From assembly GCA_964106645.2 (NCBI GenBank), contig OZ067045.1: a DNA stretch of 64,000 nucleotides; one strand, 5' to 3'. A program made the position numbers and the translations under genes. The number at the start of each line of letters is the position of its first letter. Position 1 is the stretch's first letter. The DNA comes from Podarcis pityusensis. Lineage: Eukaryota. Below, one piece after another: positions 60,563 through 64,000 of this stretch. Below the pieces are notes generated by a model. The model was not told where the DNA came from and ran no database searches. It saw nothing but the letters and a program-made list of their open reading frames with translations.

Positions 60563-63500
60563 ATCTCAATTTCCTTGTGCAGATCTCATCCAATGAGCAG
60601 GTCTATAGACTGCTCTGCACATGGATGCACTCAAAACATCCTATGCTCTTTATTTCATGCATTCACAGGCTCTCTAGGACAAAGCTGGGTAAGCCCATGA
60701 GTAAAATGTGGCTTACCAGGGCTCCCAATTTGGCTTGTGAGGCCATTTCCCCTAAGACATGCTCACCACCCCACACTTGACATCAGAAATGAAGCAGGCA
60801 CTCATGTGGCAACAACTAAATGTTTGGGAGCTTAATGCAAGCTCCCAATTCTTCATTTCAGCTAGAGCAAGGTGAGCTCCCACTGCCAATCAGCTGATGG
60901 GAGATGAAAGCAATTTCCATTTTGCAAACAGCCCTGCACTACTCCTTGGTTTTTGGAAGTTCAAAAAACAGTGCAGGGCTGTTTGAAAAAGGGCTTTCAT
61001 ACAGTCAACACAATGAACCTTGAAGCCCCAACAACTGGGCTTCAAAGCACAGTGTCACCAAACATCATAGAGATACCAAGGTGATTGATTGATTGATTGA
61101 TTGACAGAGAGACAGTTCCACTCACCTGTCAAATCTGGCCTGCTAAGGGTTGGAGAAGATCAGGATCTAGGCCAGAAAAGATTCCCCACCCCTGCTCCAC
61201 CAGTGACACCGTACACTACAAAATGGCATCTATCCTGATGTGTTCCCTGCACCATGGCGTCTCTGCTCCTTTCACCAGCAACTGAAACCAACTTTTGTAG
61301 CTCTAAAGTCCTGCAAGGCCCTCAGGCTGTACTATAGCAGGTGGGCATTAAGCATGGAAGCTCAATGGCCTCTGCACGCTGCCAAACACTGATTAACATT
61401 GGCCTTGCCAAGAGCAAGATGCTTGCCAAAGGAGCTGGGGACAATGGGACTGTGCGAGCCAGACTGCCGCTGCTGCAGTGGAAAGAACATGAAGCAGAAA
61501 CAAGTTAAATTTATTGCTGCCCATGGCTGTGATGGAAGGTTCTTCAGACCACTACCAAGAAAACAGGCATCAGATTATGTTGCAATAAAATATATGGGCA
61601 AGTGATGCCCATGATGCAAATAAGAACGCCTTACTCATTTACTGTTGGTAGGAAACGAGCAAATAAAGGAAATGCGTATTCTTTCTGCAGCAAAACCATT
61701 CCAGCATCTGTCTGGCACTCAGGGAAATAATAAAGGTAGACAGAAGGAAAAATTCAAAATCCAGAATTTAAAGTCTTATAAATTATCTGAATAGCCTCCA
61801 TCCTTAAATTATGGTACTCATCAAGAAACTGATCCTTAAAACTGCAACTCATTGCTGCACCTCAACACCAGCACAAGCTGGTAGCAGCTGAGAATGTGAA
61901 CCAAAGATGCCCCTACGTTGTGGCTCATCTTAACCATGAAATCACCAACTGATCACAAGAGAAGGCATATTTTCTCATCCTCAAACATCCAACCCCCCCC
62001 CCCCCAATACTGATTTATCAACAATGACCTACCTTACCGGATTGGATGGCCTTGGACTGCTGGTTGCCATCTGTTAACCCTACTTATTTCACCTGGTTGT
62101 TGTAATGATAAAAAGTACACCCCCCCCCCTTGAGCTCCACTGTGGAAGGGTGACATAAAAAAGTAACTAATAAATATACACATACAAATTACATCATTCT
62201 CTAGAGATGTGGCTGTTTACCTTGAATGAACCAACAGACACACACTATTCCCTTTCCTTGTTAAATAGTCCCCCCCGCTCTTGTAGTCTTAAAGCAGAGA
62301 TGAGGAACCTGTGGCCCTCCAGATATTGCTGGACTACAGCTCCCATCAGCCCTAGCCAGACTGGTCAGTGGTCGGGGTGATGGGAGGCAGAGTCCAACAG
62401 CAGAGGACACCAACCCCGATAGTCCGCTGCAGTCTTGCAGCAGAGAGCAGAGGCAGCTTCCCAAGGGCACATTTTTAGAGCAGTCTTGCTGGGAGCAAAC
62501 TCGAAGCAGAGGTCAAAAGCGGTTAGGAAGCTATTTCTGGCTTTAACCTGGACTTGGTCCATTGAGAGCTGCAGTGCAGCATGCCCATCCTGCAGTCCTT
62601 TTCGTCTGGGCATTGCCAGCCTGACCTGCCAGCTGCCCAAGGGACAGATCCCAACAAGACTATTACAAGCAGCAAATCCATCACAGGTTCATACAGAACA
62701 GCTGAAGTCACCAGAAGCACAATTCTACTGCAGCACAGCAACGACAAGGGAAGGCAGAAGTTGAGTTTCAAGAAAGCATCACGTTGAAGTAACTGCATCC
62801 CATCTGCTGAAGACTTATATCAGTGACTTGGCACTAGGAGTGGGCAGATCAGTCCATTTCCGGCCTGTACAAACTTTGTGCATGTTGTTTCCATATAGAT
62901 GTTTTTTACCAGTTCCATACCAATTATTCTAAATATATTTTACCCTAATATAACTCATTTTGGTCCATTTTTGTGCTGAGAACTCTACTGCAAATCTCAG
63001 AAAAGGGTTGTATCCAACATTAGTCCTACTGGTTGCACACCCACTGAAATTAATTAACTTAGATATATTAATTTCAGTGGGTCTACTCCCAGTTTAACTA
63101 GGCTGAATGCAACCCAAGGTGTGAAATCTGAAGGATAATTACATTTCGATCTGTGTGTTGGTCCGGGAGGCGTGAATTGGGTCAGTTCACTTAAAAATGC
63201 AGACTGCACAAAATTCTTCTCCATCCCTCCTTGGAACTTATGAAGTGTACAGCACAAGAGAGATGCTCCCATGGAGAACTAGGCAAAAAAAAAGCACCAC
63301 TACAAAACGCAGACTCGGGGATCTCATAAATGCTTAGACACCACAAAACTTGACCTAAGCAAGGAGTTTTGTTCCTTTGTGGTGGACACCTGCCTACACC
63401 TACACATAAACAAGCACAGATATATACAGAGACCACGTGTTCTCTTCTTCGCCCACCTCTCAACTCCAGCCCACAAGCAGCTTTGCAGCAATTATTTCAG

Positions 63501-64000
63501 CTAATAAGCTGTCATTTGGCAGAATCCACGTGGCTTTTCTACATAATCAACCAGCACAGGCATTGTTTGCTGTTGAAGGCTCACGAAACGACTGCAGTCT
63601 AATTATTCTACAGACCTCCCATTAAGGGGAGGAGGGAGAACTTGCAAGATTAATAGGATCTTTTAAAAAAAAAGCCTTCAAGAAGCCAAGAGACAGAACA
63701 GATGGCCTCCTCCATTAAAAACAATATACTGTAGTTTCAACTATATAGCCTTGGTCTCTGTTCAATCAAATAGGTTCCCAAAAATTGCATTAAACATCTG
63801 TTGATCGCATTGGTTCTGGTTATTAAACTCTACAATATACCCGTTGTCCAAACTGCAATTATCCAAATGGCTTGGTGGTCTGAAATAGCTGTATGTTCCC
63901 ACACCTGTTGATGTAATCCAATGTAAATAACCACAGTTGCATTCATACAGACTTTTGCTAATCCAATCCCATCAATGGGGTTAATAATGATAAATAAAAT

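Noticed and set aside
60925-60990. 15-bp inverted repeat AAACAGCCCTGCACT / AGTGCAGGGCTGTTT as a pre-miRNA
   Set aside because: Stem is short with a large loop and appears to sit in a decayed DNA-transposon remnant.
62030-62075. Minus-strand ATG..CCG|GTAAGG as a first exon
   Set aside because: Phase 0, incompatible with the downstream exon, and adjacent to an old SINE remnant.
54000-64000. A second protein-coding gene or the main CpG-island promoter of RIPOR1
   Set aside because: No recognisable exons or CpG island; this looks like repeat-rich intronic or upstream DNA. A further first exon may lie beyond the window.

Overview
Vertebrate genomic DNA, most likely from a lacertid-type lizard (inferred from Sauria SINEs and typical squamate MITE, CR1 and Penelope repeats). 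The six-frame ORF track is mostly noise because the real gene is spliced. The minus strand carries an essentially complete RIPOR1 (FAM65A) gene, which I assembled by hand from GT-AG exons with consistent phases: 21 core coding exons from 32845 to the TGA at 6464, a probable 19-nt upstream coding exon at 49434-49452 and a probable 144-nt cassette exon at 20826-20969. This gives 1015 aa without and 1063 aa with the cassette. The polyA signal is at 5566-5571. The CpG island at 1-1200 looks like the promoter and non-coding first exon of CTCF (minus strand; RIPOR1-CTCF synteny, YY1 site, donor at 683). The introns are full of SINEs, CR1 fragments and hAT and Tc1/mariner MITEs. The most notable observations are (1) a young Penelope-like insertion (37576-37828) with a 12-bp TSD and a perfect 92-bp inverted repeat that places a minimal hammerhead ribozyme on each strand, with a spacer built from stuttered re-starts, and (2) an in-frame RIPOR1 cassette exon that is absent from the canonical human RIPOR1 protein as I recall it but resembles the alternative exon of the paralog RIPOR2. 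All homology statements are from memory, not from database searches.
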